The notes beneath the pieces were generated by a model, which did not search any database, had not been told where the DNA came from, and was given only the letters and a program-made list of their open reading frames with translations. The position numbers and the translations under genes are program-made. From assembly GCA_016190055.1 (NCBI GenBank), contig JACPRH010000049.1, positions 7,820 through 71,819 on the forward strand: a DNA stretch of 64,000 nucleotides, written 5' to 3'. Every line of letters begins with the position of its first letter. The first letter of the stretch is position 1. The stretch comes from Nitrososphaerota archaeon (GTDB lineage Archaea > Thermoproteota > Nitrososphaeria > Nitrososphaerales > JACPRH01). Below, piece after piece: positions 1 through 10,763 of this stretch.

Positions 1-718
1 GCAAACTATAGCCCAAAAGAGTCTTGGAAGGCTCCTCTGCAACAGGCGTGATTGCGAAGAACCCGTGCTTTCTTAAGCCCAGCAAAAGAACCGTCATCGC
101 TAAAGGAGATAGATAGGGCACAATATTGAGACCCCCCAGATACTGGGCTAAACCAAATGAGTAAAATGCCACACTTAAGATAACAATCCCAACAGATAGG
201 TATTGTATCTGCTGCTTTACTAATGGTGTCTTTGTTGACCGATAGTATCTAAACAGCGCTATGAAGATCAGAATGTCCATAGCGACGTATATCAGACCTA
301 TGCCAGCTGGATGTATATACGGGGTCAAAGACCCCCGCCCCCCTATCCAACCTGTCAGCGTAAGTCGAGCCTTTCCAAGAACAAGATCCGGATCAAATAT
401 TAACGACCCCCACCAAAAAAGCGCATACCCGTAAGCACCAAACAGTGTAATCAGTTGTGTTTTGCTTAGCCTTGGGCTAACAAAACTAAGAATGAAGTGG
501 TAAATCAATATCATCTGGATAGGAAACCCGAAAAAGTTCCCCCACCAAATTCTTGCAAGAAACTCCTCAGCGCTATTCGACAGCTGCGCCCGAAAAGATG
601 CAGAGAAAAGAAGAACCATTAGAATCAACCAAACTATGAAAATCCAATGATGCCTCTTCTTCCACGGCATACGGATAGCATACGCGACCACCAGCAGTGA
701 CGCTACTATTGCCACCAA
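1..718 (-). CDS. Multi-pass membrane protein, HisKA_7TM-like N-terminal sensor region; truncated by the window edge
   Basis: Not in the ORF track. Manual translation is open from the in-frame stop at 776-778 to position 1, with several hydrophobic segments, ...RYYRSTKTPLVKQQIQYLSVGI... and ...GLRKHGFFAITPVAEE... Start uncertain (TTG at 718 or CTG at 766). Confidence 0.6.
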   Translation of the reverse strand, partial: MVAIVASLLVVAYAIRMPWKKRHHWIFIVWLILMVLLFSASFRAQLSNSAEEFLARIWWGNFFGFPIQMILIYHFILSFVSPRLSKTQLITLFGAYGYALFWWGSLIFDPDLVLGKARLTLTGWIGGRGSLTPYIHPAGIGLIYVAMDILIFIALFRYYRSTKTPLVKQQIQYLSVGIVILSVAFYSFGLAQYLGGLNIVPYLSPLAMTVLLLGLRKHGFFAITPVAEEPSKTLLGYSL

Positions 719-908
719 ATACCCGATAGAGGCTGGGTTAAGGGAAAAAGTGTCCGTGTGGCGCAGTTGTAATGCCTAGCGTTTAAGGATTTCACCGATG
801 TCAGAGCATTCTGTTCCATTACCGAGTAGCCGCGCCGAGCAATAAGTATACGCACCTGAAGATGAAACATCACCATAATTTACAAATTTAATATCAATTT
901 GACGCAAT

Positions 909-953
909 ATATTTAATGCGGTCGACGGTTCTTGAACTCTATTAGGTTCAAAT
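909..953. repeat. att-like site 1 (tRNA-Gly 3'-end-like sequence plus inverted repeat)
   Basis: ATATTTAATGCGGTCGACGGTTCTTGAACTCTATTAGGTTCAAAT; shares TGCGGTCGACGG...TTGAAC with the tRNA at 49219. Confidence 0.9.
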
Positions 954-1037
954 TCATCTCCGTCTATTATTCTCAAGCCCCGTATCATAAGGAGTAAGAT
1001 TAGAGTTGCATAATGGAATTCACAGAGAATGTAATCC

Positions 1038-1295
1038 TTATTTCAGCAGACCGATAAACTCTTCTTTGGTCAGGCCTGAGTCTTTGATTATTTGTAGGAG
1101 GGTACCTGGCTTCATCTCATCATGCCTTGGAACGGTCACTAGTCTCTTACCATCGGTGACATAAATGTGGCTTCCGCGTTGATGGATAGGATTGTAGCCA
1201 CGTTCGTGTAGCGCCTTTAACACATCTCTCCAAGAAACGACGGGTAGGCGTTCACTACTGCCTTTCTTAGAGGGTGATTTCAACAGGCTCGGCAC
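1038..1295 (-). CDS. hicA: HicA-family toxin (mRNA interferase)
   Basis: RLPVVSWRDVLKAL...QRGSH...VTVPRHDEMKPGTLLQIIKDSGL pattern; start position uncertain. Confidence 0.85.
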   Translation of the reverse strand: MPSLLKSPSKKGSSERLPVVSWRDVLKALHERGYNPIHQRGSHIYVTDGKRLVTVPRHDEMKPGTLLQIIKDSGLTKEEFIGLLK

Positions 1296-1497
1296 CCTTT
1301 GCTTCCTTCTTCATCATAATTTGCCTTGCCTCTAGATAGCCTTTGATAGCCTCTCTGATGTTTGTTAAAGCTTCGTCTCTGGTCTCCCCTTGGCTGATAC
1401 AGCCAGGTAATTCAAGAACCCAAGCTGAGAATCCTCCAACACGCTCCTTGCTGAGCATTACAGTGAACTTACGACCTTCAACAGTAGCCTTTTTCAA
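1267..1497 (-). CDS. hicB: HicB-family antitoxin (short form)
   Basis: GGFSAWVLELPGCISQGETRDEALTNIREAI motif; adjacent to hicA. Confidence 0.85.
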   Translation of the reverse strand: MKKATVEGRKFTVMLSKERVGGFSAWVLELPGCISQGETRDEALTNIREAIKGYLEARQIMMKKEAKGAEPVEITL

Positions 1498-1704
1498 CCG
1501 GCCTCACCCACTACAATGGAAAGCCATCTCACTAATTAATTTGTTTACCCAAGCCGATAATTCTGTTGCGCTTTCATGCAGTATGTGCTCATCCATCTAT
1601 GGAACCAATCGATAGCGAAACAAAATCAAAATTAACAACCAATTAAAACAACCAAGAATGAGTATAACCGTAAGTTACATGGTATATTGCTGGTTTTATA
1701 CAAA

Positions 1705-1749
1705 ATATTTAATGCTGTCGACGGTTCTTGAACTCAATTGAGTTCAAAT
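1705..1749. repeat. att-like site 2
   Basis: ATATTTAATGCTGTCGACGGTTCTTGAACTCAATTGAGTTCAAAT; contains the perfect 20-bp palindrome TTGAACTCAATTGAGTTCAA. Confidence 0.9.
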
Positions 1750-2049
1750 CCATAATTCGTAGCCCGATCAGAGTGCGAAAGTTAAGTTAATTGTTTCCGT
1801 AAAACTAGAGCAGACCTGAGCGGCTGGCGCCCCGTACTCTTTAACAGATTCATGTTGCCTTTTTGAAATTGACATATCCAAACTAGGGCCCCTTCTCTAC
1901 GACTATCGAGTGTTAAGATAAAACCTTGGGAGAACATGTGCTATTTCGATTGTGCATGTGCAAGCTTATCTGCTCTGCGTGAATATCTGACAATAAACTA
2001 GGGTCGGTCTTAATATTTGCGATAACAAAACATCTAAAAAGATTTCATC

Positions 2050-3315
2050 ATGATAATTGGACAGAGATACATTTCTTCGCTAAATATATATTATAGTACT
2101 GCTCGACTATCAAACGAGAATTTTATGGCATCAGCGTCCCATGTTAAAGTCAAGAATACAACTGGAAAGAAAGCTTCTGACCTGCATATAACATTCGGTT
2201 TTACGGGAGGCTCGCTTAAAATTGACCCTTCGTCGATTTCTCCCCCTGACGGAAATAACCCGCCCAAAGTACCCTCAAACGACAAGAACTCGACCAATGA
2301 AGGTGTGATTGAGTGGTCATCACCAGTTGTACAACCTGGAGATACAGTAGAGTTTGATGCGACCACTGAGTTTGGGCCGCTGCAATTCATATCGGGCTAC
2401 TGGACTGGTCCCAACGGCAAGCGACAGCGAGACAATATTGGACCGGTGGACAAAGACAGTATAGAAGTCACCTCAAAAGAGAGTCATCAGCTGGAACCAA
2501 TTGGAGCGCTACGGGAAGTCAATGCGGTCTTGGCTGGGATTGATAATTTGACTCTCAGCCATACAAACGTGCCACTAGATGAACTCCCAGAGGGTGTTGA
2601 CCAAAGTGTGCTTCTCGCGAAGATGATGATAGATCTGGGTAGGTTCCTTGAGGGTGCGGGAGGAATCATTCTACTTCAAGGCAAACCCAAGAAACCCGCT
2701 GACGCGCAAGAGGCAAAGAAGAGGACGGCCAAACAGGACTTAAAGGATTTCCTAGACCGGGTCAAAGAGAAGATTGACGAATCTAAGCTGAGTGAAGACG
2801 AAAAGAGGAGGCTCAAGGAAAAGATAGATGAAGCAAAGCGGGAACTTGATGCGTGCACCAATGAAGGCCTAGAGGCAGCTGGTAAAGCGCTGAAAGAGGT
2901 ATATGACCAGCTAAAAGCAGCTAATGAGGAGGAGAAGGATAATGAAAAGAAAGAGCATACCAATGAGATTATTAACGATCTTGGGGTGTCTCAGACTTAT
3001 GCTACAATGATACTGATAAAATCCCAATGGAAAATAAGAAAACTTGGAGCTGATACCGGATACGGAGTACGTGATATAAGCATCATAGAAAGAGATGGAA
3101 AATGTTTTATCAGGGTCCAGGCAATCAAGCCAGAAGGCTATACTCTTGGTATACCACATGGGAAGGCGGACGCGTCTCCACCGCCAATTGAGGTCAAGAA
3201 TGACCAGTGTGGTGAAGCAAGGAGATTGATTGAGGAACTGAAAGCGAAGATAGAGCGATGCGACTATCCCAACCTCGATGATGCGAGGAGGATTTGGGCA
3301 CTCATAGACCCTTAG
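2050..3315 (+). CDS. Hypothetical protein (beta-rich N-terminus, charged helical middle)
   Basis: 421-aa ORF; true start may be the Met at ~2125; no family recognised. Confidence 0.6.
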   Translation: MIIGQRYISSLNIYYSTARLSNENFMASASHVKVKNTTGKKASDLHITFGFTGGSLKIDPSSISPPDGNNPPKVPSNDKNSTNEGVIEWSSPVVQPGDTVEFDATTEFGPLQFISGYWTGPNGKRQRDNIGPVDKDSIEVTSKESHQLEPIGALREVNAVLAGIDNLTLSHTNVPLDELPEGVDQSVLLAKMMIDLGRFLEGAGGIILLQGKPKKPADAQEAKKRTAKQDLKDFLDRVKEKIDESKLSEDEKRRLKEKIDEAKRELDACTNEGLEAAGKALKEVYDQLKAANEEEKDNEKKEHTNEIINDLGVSQTYATMILIKSQWKIRKLGADTGYGVRDISIIERDGKCFIRVQAIKPEGYTLGIPHGKADASPPPIEVKNDQCGEARRLIEELKAKIERCDYPNLDDARRIWALIDP

Positions 3316-3333
3316 GAAAGATGTCCGGATAAG

Positions 3334-5355
3334 TTGAGAAAGAAAGACAGTGGAGAAACAAAAGAATGGTCGCCCAACAAGTCAACTGAAGACACAAGCA
3401 GGCAGCCGGCGACCAGTATCGTAGAACAATCGATTTTCGATATGAGAGAGGGACTCCTAAAACATCTCAAGAATGAAATAAGAGCGCGCAAAGATTCTAA
3501 GCCGCGGCGGGGCGAACGATCAGTTCCCTGCATTAAGGAGCTGACAAGGACTATTGAGAAGGCTCCGCTAGAGGAATGGATTGTATCTGATTATCCTGGA
3601 GAGGATTGGCCGCCACATGTTCCCAGAGGGCCGCCACCACGGATAAGGTCAGAGAAGTTCTGTTATGTCACGCCGCTAGTTGATGGTGAAGAGATTTACA
3701 AGAGCTTGTATGATGATCTCGTCCAAGCTGCTCAGACTGCCAAGCACATCTTTATCGCTATGTGGCAGCTGGAAACAGATTTTGTAATAGAAAAGCCTCC
3801 TGAAAAATTACTGGCGCAGTTCATTACCGATGCGCTAGCTAACAATCCTGATCTCCAAGTCTACATACTGCTGTGGAGACCTCCTTGGGTTTCCCCCGCA
3901 GGTGTTTCCGTTGTGCCTGTCCCGAACCTCAGCGATCCATTGAAAAATTTTCTTGAGTCAACAATCGGACCCCAAGCTACTACCCAGCTGCTTGCGAGAT
4001 TCCGATTCCTAGCGAGGTTGAACCTAAATGGCATCCTAGGCGAGGTTCCTGGAATATTTGACTCAAGCAGGTTCAGCAATCAACAGACATCTAGCAGGTT
4101 ACACGTGGCTTGGAACGACAATATTGACCCTAAGCCGCCTAAAACTCTTGATGCTATCAGGGGTTCCCACCATCAGAAGTTCGTGTTGATGGATGTTCCA
4201 GGCGATGGTGCCTCGTTGCACTGTCTTGGCTTGAACTTCGCGAATATCTACTGGGATAGTATCAACCACGCTCCAACTCCCTACCCAAGACCACATCATC
4301 CCAAGGAAGAAAACTCTTGGCACGATACAGGAGTGCGAGTGGTGGGACAACCTATACATGAATTTGAGATGGAGTTCAGGAGGAGGTGGGAGAATGCTAC
4401 TGGGACTCCTCTACGCCCAACTTCAAGTCAGTACTTCTTCAACTACTCGCCTACACATGGGCATGTACCGACATTTTCAAAGTTCAACAAGGAAAGAGCT
4501 GGCTCTAAAGAAGTCAACACATGGTACTATGACGCAATTTCTTCAGCTGAGCGATACGTATATCTTGAGAATCAGTACTTCTCGATTGAAGCGCCCGCGA
4601 ATGCACTAGTTGACAGGTACCTTCGACTGGAAAGGGCTGGAAAGAAGCTAGATGTAGCTGTTGTTCTACCTCACCCCAGCGTTATGTCGCCCTTTCTGGA
4701 AGTCCCGAAAAGCCAAGAGAACGTCACGTACATGCGACTCGCCACCGCGAACGAAATCTGGTATCGAGATGTATTCGGCACGCTAAAGATGGTTAGGCGA
4801 CCCAAAGGCGGATGGCGCAGTATAAGGATTGGAACAATACTAGGGATCAAGTTTGTGGAACTTGGCCGGGGCGCCAATACAAAATATCTCTTCAAGGTTG
4901 AGAAAACAATTGGTGGGATAAGAGTCTACGCAATGGTTCGTCCAGGAGCCTTGAAAACGAAGAAAGTTCTGGGAAAGAAGATTGTTCTCCGGGAACCAGT
5001 ATGGGTGTACGTCCACTCAAAGGCATGCGTAGTAGATGACACTTACACTATCGGATCCTGCAACATCAGCAAACAGTCTTTCGAAATCGATTCGGAAGCT
5101 AACGTGGTTGTAGACGACAAGGAGGAGACAGCTAGACTGCTAACAAAACTCTGGCCGCCTCTACTAGGAAGTAAGACAACAAAGAATGTGACTACAGCCG
5201 ACACAGGAGTTTGGTTAAAGGAACTGGATAATTCAGCTCGCAGGAATATGCGGGATATAAAAAACAAGGTCAACCCGACCGGAATGCTCGTCGACTATCC
5301 CTACACTATACCTAGCCGCCTAACCCTTGACCTAATCGATGCTTTGGGAATATAA
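3334..5355 (+). CDS. Phospholipase D superfamily protein with two HKD motifs
   Basis: SHHQKFVLMD and YVHSKACVVDD motifs, plus WHDTGVRVVG, YVYLENQYF and TIGSCNI. Confidence 0.85.
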   Translation: MRKKDSGETKEWSPNKSTEDTSRQPATSIVEQSIFDMREGLLKHLKNEIRARKDSKPRRGERSVPCIKELTRTIEKAPLEEWIVSDYPGEDWPPHVPRGPPPRIRSEKFCYVTPLVDGEEIYKSLYDDLVQAAQTAKHIFIAMWQLETDFVIEKPPEKLLAQFITDALANNPDLQVYILLWRPPWVSPAGVSVVPVPNLSDPLKNFLESTIGPQATTQLLARFRFLARLNLNGILGEVPGIFDSSRFSNQQTSSRLHVAWNDNIDPKPPKTLDAIRGSHHQKFVLMDVPGDGASLHCLGLNFANIYWDSINHAPTPYPRPHHPKEENSWHDTGVRVVGQPIHEFEMEFRRRWENATGTPLRPTSSQYFFNYSPTHGHVPTFSKFNKERAGSKEVNTWYYDAISSAERYVYLENQYFSIEAPANALVDRYLRLERAGKKLDVAVVLPHPSVMSPFLEVPKSQENVTYMRLATANEIWYRDVFGTLKMVRRPKGGWRSIRIGTILGIKFVELGRGANTKYLFKVEKTIGGIRVYAMVRPGALKTKKVLGKKIVLREPVWVYVHSKACVVDDTYTIGSCNISKQSFEIDSEANVVVDDKEETARLLTKLWPPLLGSKTTKNVTTADTGVWLKELDNSARRNMRDIKNKVNPTGMLVDYPYTIPSRLTLDLIDALGI

Positions 5356-5605
5356 CAACGTCCCCACGCAATGTTTTCTCGATCACAGCACAACTCCATA
5401 TGGAGAGGAGTCGGGACATCATCTAGCCCGCGAGGCTTGTGCCCACAGTTACCTCAAGTATCTGCTGCTCACTTCCTTTGATAGTAGAAAATCTATCTCA
5501 GAATAGAAAGGTGCTCTTCTACTCATCTGACGTAGGCGAATAAAAAATAGCTGAACTAATAGTAATCATTCGCCTTTTTCAATTACTTCATTAATATTGT
5601 GTAAG

Positions 5606-5650
5606 ATATTTAATGCGGTCGACGGTTCTTGAACGCAATTAGGTTCAAAT
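5606..5650. repeat. att-like site 3
   Basis: ATATTTAATGCGGTCGACGGTTCTTGAACGCAATTAGGTTCAAAT. Confidence 0.9.
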
Positions 5651-6199
5651 ACCAAGCCAATCAGGCCCTCGTTAGTCGTGAAGGCTCAAAGCAGGAACTC
5701 AGCCCAAATATTTGGGCACAAACTCTCCTAAGAACGTTTAGATCTGGCTTCTCTAACCCCAATTTTAATGGGGATGGTGGGATATTCCTTCACGAAAAAG
5801 CGTGGAAATGGAAAGCTAATCCTGATGTAGGTGGTAGCAGCAAGTGGGAGTCGATGGACTTGAATCCGACTTATTCAAGTCACAAAGACTATCCCGATAT
5901 GAACAATTCTATGATACTTCTCTTTCTCGTCATTTCAGCAATCTCGTAGACTATAAAGTATGGTGAACTCTCGACAGGGTTGACGGATTTGACACATTGC
6001 CTAGGTTCACTGCTTGTAAAGACATCTTAGCTTGACTAGCTATACGTCATATTTCGAACCGGTGGTCTAGAACCAGTTAGCTTCGGTGGTCCTGCTGGGA
6101 CTCATGAAGTGCATTGATTGTCGGATTTGGATTTTGGAAGTAATCTTTTCAATAAGATGATCTTTGTGGATTCTTTCTATCAGTACCACCTAAAGGTAG

Positions 6200-7063
6200 C
6201 TAACCAATGTATAGACCTCCATTTATATCTATAACATGGCCTGTTATGTAATTTCCATCTTCTGAGACTAGATATGCCACCGCTCCTGCCACCTCGGATG
6301 GCTTCCCAAGTCTTCCGAGAGGTACTTGGGCAAGAATTTTTTCCATTATTTTTTTGGGAACCGATTTTAGCATATCTGTCTCAATGTATCCTGGTGCTAT
6401 TGCGTTCACCGTTATGCCAGTTCCTGCAAACTCTTTTGCCAGCGTTTGTGTAAGAGCTATCATTCCTGCCTTTGAGGCGGCATAGTTCGCCTGTCCGCGG
6501 TTACCTATTCTTCCGATAACCGAGGATATATTCACGATTCTACCATAACGCTGCTCCAACATGCCGGCTAAAACTGCTTTAGTGCAGTAAAAAGTTCCAT
6601 TTAGGTTCACAGATAAGACGTCTGTCCACATTTCGTCAGTCATTTTTAAAAAAGATTTATCTCGAACTATTCCGGCGTTGTTAACAAGAATATCTATTTT
6701 TCCGAACTTATTGATCACTTCATCTCGCATCCTGTTTACCTGCTTAAAGTCACTAACGTTTGCTTGACATATTATAGAATGCGTGCCCATGGAATCTATT
6801 AACTCTGATACTTCTTTCGCATGCTCTTTTGTTTCCATCTGATCTATGAAATGGTATAATATACCAATTTCGTCAATCGTGCCTATCTGGTCTACAATCT
6901 TCGACACTTTCTCAGCTTCCTCTTTGGTTGACTGATAAATAATGGCAATATCTGCACCCTCTTTCGCCAGTCGCAAAGCAATCGCTTGACCTATTCCCCT
7001 TGAACCTCCTGTAATTAGGGCGACTTTATTTTCTAACCCTAGATTCTTTCCCATATTATTCAT
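6200..7063 (-). CDS. phaB: Acetoacetyl-CoA reductase / FabG-like SDR
   Basis: [19 protein letters not shown] motifs; lies in the PHA cluster. Confidence 0.8.
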   Translation of the reverse strand: MNNMGKNLGLENKVALITGGSRGIGQAIALRLAKEGADIAIIYQSTKEEAEKVSKIVDQIGTIDEIGILYHFIDQMETKEHAKEVSELIDSMGTHSIICQANVSDFKQVNRMRDEVINKFGKIDILVNNAGIVRDKSFLKMTDEMWTDVLSVNLNGTFYCTKAVLAGMLEQRYGRIVNISSVIGRIGNRGQANYAASKAGMIALTQTLAKEFAGTGITVNAIAPGYIETDMLKSVPKKIMEKILAQVPLGRLGKPSEVAGAVAYLVSEDGNYITGHVIDINGGLYIG

Positions 7064-8247
7064 CTCTTTACTACCACGGCGATACCTTGACCTCCTCCGA
7101 TACAGAGAGTTGCTAAGCCATACGTGCCTTTCCTTCTTCTTAATTCATTCAGAAGTGTAACCAGTATTCTTGTACCACTTGCTCCTATGGGATGCCCAAG
7201 AGCAATTGCACCTCCGTTCACATTTGTCTTGTCGGGGTTCAGACCAAGTTCTCTAATAACAGCGATGCTTTGCGCTGCAAAAGCTTCGTTGAGTTCTATC
7301 AGGTCTAACTTATCTAGAGTTACGCCGGCACGCTCTATTGCTTTTTTGGCTGCATAAACAGGACCCATACCCATTATTTCAGGAGGGACTCCACAGTATC
7401 CATAGCTTTTGATTGTAGCCAAAGGTGTAAGTCCTTTCTCCTTCGCTTTTTCTTCAGACATCAAAAGAACTGCAGCAGCCCCATCACTTATGCCTGATGA
7501 GTTGCCAGCAGTTACTGTTCCGTTATTCTTGAATGCAGGCTTTAGTTTTGCGAGAATCTCTTTTGTTGTGCCGAACCGGGGGGACTCATCTGTGTCAAAG
7601 AGAATAGGCTCGCCTCTTGGTTGAGGAACGTCCGTTGGAATAATCTCTTCTTTGAAAACACCATCTTTGATTGCAGCTTCGGCCTTATTCTGGCTTTTTG
7701 CTGCAAATTCATCCTGCTCTTCCCTTGTAACATTGTATTTTTCTGCAACATTCTCTGCTGTAATTCCCATATGATAATTATTGAAAACATCCCACAGCCC
7801 GTCAGATACCATTAAATCAATAATTTCATCGTTGCCCATTCTCACTCCCCAGCGGGCTTTTTTCAGGGCATATGGAGTCTGTGACATGGATTCTACTCCG
7901 CCGGCCAGAATAACATCTGCATCACCAAGCATGATGGATTGAGCTGCCAGCACAACTGACTTCAAACCCGAACCGCATACTTTGTTCACGCAATAAGAGG
8001 GCACCTCTTTTGGAATTCCCGCTCCAATTGCAACCTGCCTTGCCATATTCTGGCCGTGACCTGCAGAAAGAACATTTCCTAAGACAATTTCATTGACATC
8101 ATCTGCTCCAACATTCGCCCGTTTCAGGGCGTCTTTCGAAACAACGGAACCAAGTTGTATAGGACTGAGATCCTTCAGAATTCCCCCGAATTTTCCAACA
8201 GCAGTTCTTGTTGCAGATACAATAACTACATTATTCATTCTTTTCAC
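7060..8247 (-). CDS. phaA: Acetyl-CoA acetyltransferase (bacterial-type biosynthetic thiolase)
   Basis: [22 protein letters not shown] and LCIGGGQG motifs. Confidence 0.92.
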   Translation of the reverse strand: MKRMNNVVIVSATRTAVGKFGGILKDLSPIQLGSVVSKDALKRANVGADDVNEIVLGNVLSAGHGQNMARQVAIGAGIPKEVPSYCVNKVCGSGLKSVVLAAQSIMLGDADVILAGGVESMSQTPYALKKARWGVRMGNDEIIDLMVSDGLWDVFNNYHMGITAENVAEKYNVTREEQDEFAAKSQNKAEAAIKDGVFKEEIIPTDVPQPRGEPILFDTDESPRFGTTKEILAKLKPAFKNNGTVTAGNSSGISDGAAAVLLMSEEKAKEKGLTPLATIKSYGYCGVPPEIMGMGPVYAAKKAIERAGVTLDKLDLIELNEAFAAQSIAVIRELGLNPDKTNVNGGAIALGHPIGASGTRILVTLLNELRRRKGTYGLATLCIGGGQGIAVVVKR

Positions 8248-8298
8248 CTATTTGATAGAGATTTTCTTCATTCATTCAGTCCATTTTTATCATAAATA

Positions 8299-9078
8299 TT
8301 ATATTGCTAGTCCTCCATCCACGCAAAGCACTGCACCATTAACAAATTTCGATTCATCTGAAGAAAGATACAGATATGCATAGGCTACATCTTTTGCTTC
8401 ACCCAGCTTGTGCAGAGGAGTTTTTTCTTTGAACATTTCAAGAAGTTTTTCAGGCACATTTGAGGTCATCGGGGTCATTATAAATCCAGGCGACACTGCA
8501 TTGACTCTTATCCCTTTTTTTCCTAGTTCCTTGGCCAGACTCTTTGTTAAGCCGATGACACCAGCTTTGGTTGCAGCATAATTGGTCTGGCCAATATTGC
8601 CGAATATTCCTGTTATAGAGGCTGCGTTTATAATTACGCCATTCCCCTGGTTTATCATGGCTTCAACCACTGCCTGGATGCAGTTGAAAACACCTTTAAG
8701 ATTGACGTTAATGACCTTGTCCCACTGTTCCTCTGCCATTTTTGTTACAAGAGCATCTTGAGTAATACCGGCATTATTTATCAGAATATCGATTCTGCCG
8801 TATTTCTCCACAATCTCTTTAGCCAGCTGTTTAGATTGTTCCCTGTTTGTCACATCTAATTTGAAGAAAAATGCATCGCCTCCTTTGTTCCTAATCTCGT
8901 TTACTGTTTCCTCACCACCCTTTTCAATTATATCGGCGACAATAACTTTAGCTCCTTCTTCTGCAAACAGAAGCGCAGTCGCTTTACCTATACCGCTTCC
9001 TGCTCCTGTAATAATTGCAATCTTATTTTCAAGTCTCATTATTATGTTCCCCTTGGGTTGTAGTTCTTTTTTGTTCAC
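8299..9078 (-). CDS. Second SDR, 3-oxoacyl/acetoacetyl-CoA reductase
   Basis: TGAGSGIG, NNAGITQD, YAATKAG; probable start at the Met near 9039. Confidence 0.85.
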   Translation of the reverse strand: MNKKELQPKGNIIMRLENKIAIITGAGSGIGKATALLFAEEGAKVIVADIIEKGGEETVNEIRNKGGDAFFFKLDVTNREQSKQLAKEIVEKYGRIDILINNAGITQDALVTKMAEEQWDKVINVNLKGVFNCIQAVVEAMINQGNGVIINAASITGIFGNIGQTNYAATKAGVIGLTKSLAKELGKKGIRVNAVSPGFIMTPMTSNVPEKLLEMFKEKTPLHKLGEAKDVAYAYLYLSSDESKFVNGAVLCVDGGLAI

Positions 9079-10192
9079 GCGACTTTGCTGATACGGGCTT
9101 CTCTTTTCCTGCTTCAGCGAAAAGAGACCTTGGTTTTAGCCACTCTGCGATCTTTGGGCAGACCTCTCTCTGGGATTTTGAGCCTACAAAGATACCTATA
9201 TGTCCAGTGTGAAAAACCAGTGTCTCTTCATCTGAACTTGATACCGCGTCATTCAGTGGTTTACTTGCGTCATTTGGAACAAGGTGGTCGAACTCAGCCA
9301 TGACATTAAGCAGAGGCATGGATATCTTTTTCAAATTAATCTTTTTTCCATCAAGAACCATCTTGTTTTTGATGAGGAGATTATTCTGGTAGCAGTCCTT
9401 GACAAACTGCCTCAGGGTTTCACCTGGCTGGTCTGGACTGTCGAATATCCATTTCTCCATTCTAAGGAAATTCTTGACGGTTTCTTCATTTCGAGACTGG
9501 CAAGCTGTATCATTCGGTTCGCATTCGATTCGATCAATAAGACCTACATACTTGTCAATCATAAGTCTGAATGGGTCTGTGAGCAGGAATCCTGCATTCA
9601 AGATATCTCCGGGTACTATCCCGTAGTAGTCCACGATTTTGTCCACATCTAAACTCTTTGCCCAGATGTGGAGAAGCCCTTTGTCCGTATCAAAGTTTAC
9701 AGGAGTCACTAGAGTGATAAGATTCTTCACCTTTTCAGGATTTAGTGCGGCATACATCACGGAGAAGGTTCCTCCCTGGCATACTCCGAGCAATGTGATC
9801 TTATCTACCCCAGATCTTTCCCTAATCTTATCCACTGCATTATTTATGTACCCATTCACATGATCGTCGATTGTAAGATATTTACTAATACCTGAGGGAT
9901 AACCCCAATCAATGATATAGACATCAAACCCATTATCCAGTAGCTTCTTCATCACACTTTTATCAGGCTGGAGATCCAGAATGTAGTACCGATTTACAAG
10001 TGCGTAAACTACTAGTATTGGAACGGGATATGGTTTTTTTACAGTTGGGATATAATGAATGAGTTTCATCTTGTCTTCAGTGTAGACAATCTCGGCGGGA
10101 GTTGTTCCAACCGAAAAATCAGGGGATTGCAAGAACAGTTCCGTACCGTGTTTGAATTTCTCAAAAAATTCAATTGATTCAAGTTTATTCAT
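9029..10192 (-). CDS. phaC: Class III poly(3-hydroxyalkanoate) synthase subunit PhaC
   Basis: YALVNRYYILDLQPD, lipase box GVCQGG (catalytic Cys), DHLVP (Asp), GHIG (His), RMEKWIFDSPD. Confidence 0.93.
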   Translation of the reverse strand: MNKLESIEFFEKFKHGTELFLQSPDFSVGTTPAEIVYTEDKMKLIHYIPTVKKPYPVPILVVYALVNRYYILDLQPDKSVMKKLLDNGFDVYIIDWGYPSGISKYLTIDDHVNGYINNAVDKIRERSGVDKITLLGVCQGGTFSVMYAALNPEKVKNLITLVTPVNFDTDKGLLHIWAKSLDVDKIVDYYGIVPGDILNAGFLLTDPFRLMIDKYVGLIDRIECEPNDTACQSRNEETVKNFLRMEKWIFDSPDQPGETLRQFVKDCYQNNLLIKNKMVLDGKKINLKKISMPLLNVMAEFDHLVPNDASKPLNDAVSSSDEETLVFHTGHIGIFVGSKSQREVCPKIAEWLKPRSLFAEAGKEKPVSAKSREQKRTTTQGEHNNET

Positions 10193-10760
10193 GGGGCTTC
10201 TCTACTGAAGTATTGGTTTTTTCAGACGTCTCTTTGATTTGTTTAGTTAACTCTTTTACTATTTTCTTAAGGGAATACAGTTCTTTGTTTATCTCATCGA
10301 TTTCTGTCCTAGTGGGTAGATTCATCGGTTTAAGATAATTCTCTTCAAGTATATCTCGGGTATATTTCTGGAAATCCATGAAATATGACATTAGTTTCCC
10401 GTTGTCCGAAGCATAATTGTCTGATTTCAGAAATTCCTTGAAAGTCTCGCTATATGTCTCAATCCATATTCTGTAAAAATCTCTATATTTTTCAGGACTG
10501 TTTTCCCCATCCATCTCGGTTGTTGTCTTTTCACTCATATTGTGCATTGCTTCCATGAATACGCTCTGGGAATTGATATTGGACTTCATCCATGCTGTAT
10601 AAAGATTGACAAAGGTTGAGAACCCCTTCATCATTTTTTCAGATTTTTCGCGCGTTGGACCTAAGGTAGGCATCGCAACTAGCTTACCGAAGGTATCTTC
10701 GTAGATTTTTAACCAAAGGTTGAAGAATTCTTGTGTGTTTTCAGATCCGGATTTTTCCAT
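10185..10760 (-). CDS. phaE: PHA synthase subunit PhaE
   Basis: DFYRIWIE and NLPTRTEIDEINKELYSLKK (PhaE box-like); overlaps the phaC start. Confidence 0.8.
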   Translation of the reverse strand: MEKSGSENTQEFFNLWLKIYEDTFGKLVAMPTLGPTREKSEKMMKGFSTFVNLYTAWMKSNINSQSVFMEAMHNMSEKTTTEMDGENSPEKYRDFYRIWIETYSETFKEFLKSDNYASDNGKLMSYFMDFQKYTRDILEENYLKPMNLPTRTEIDEINKELYSLKKIVKELTKQIKETSEKTNTSVEKPHE

Positions 10761-10763
10761 TTT

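Noticed and set aside
776-988. 70-aa ORF
   Set aside because: Runs across att site 1 and has no recognisable features; probably spurious.
909-5650. att-like sites as tRNA genes
   Set aside because: Only the 3' acceptor strand and part of the T arm match; no cloverleaf can be formed.
5629-5949. 106-aa ORF starting inside att site 3
   Set aside because: The start lies within the repeat and no family is recognisable; at most a gene fragment.
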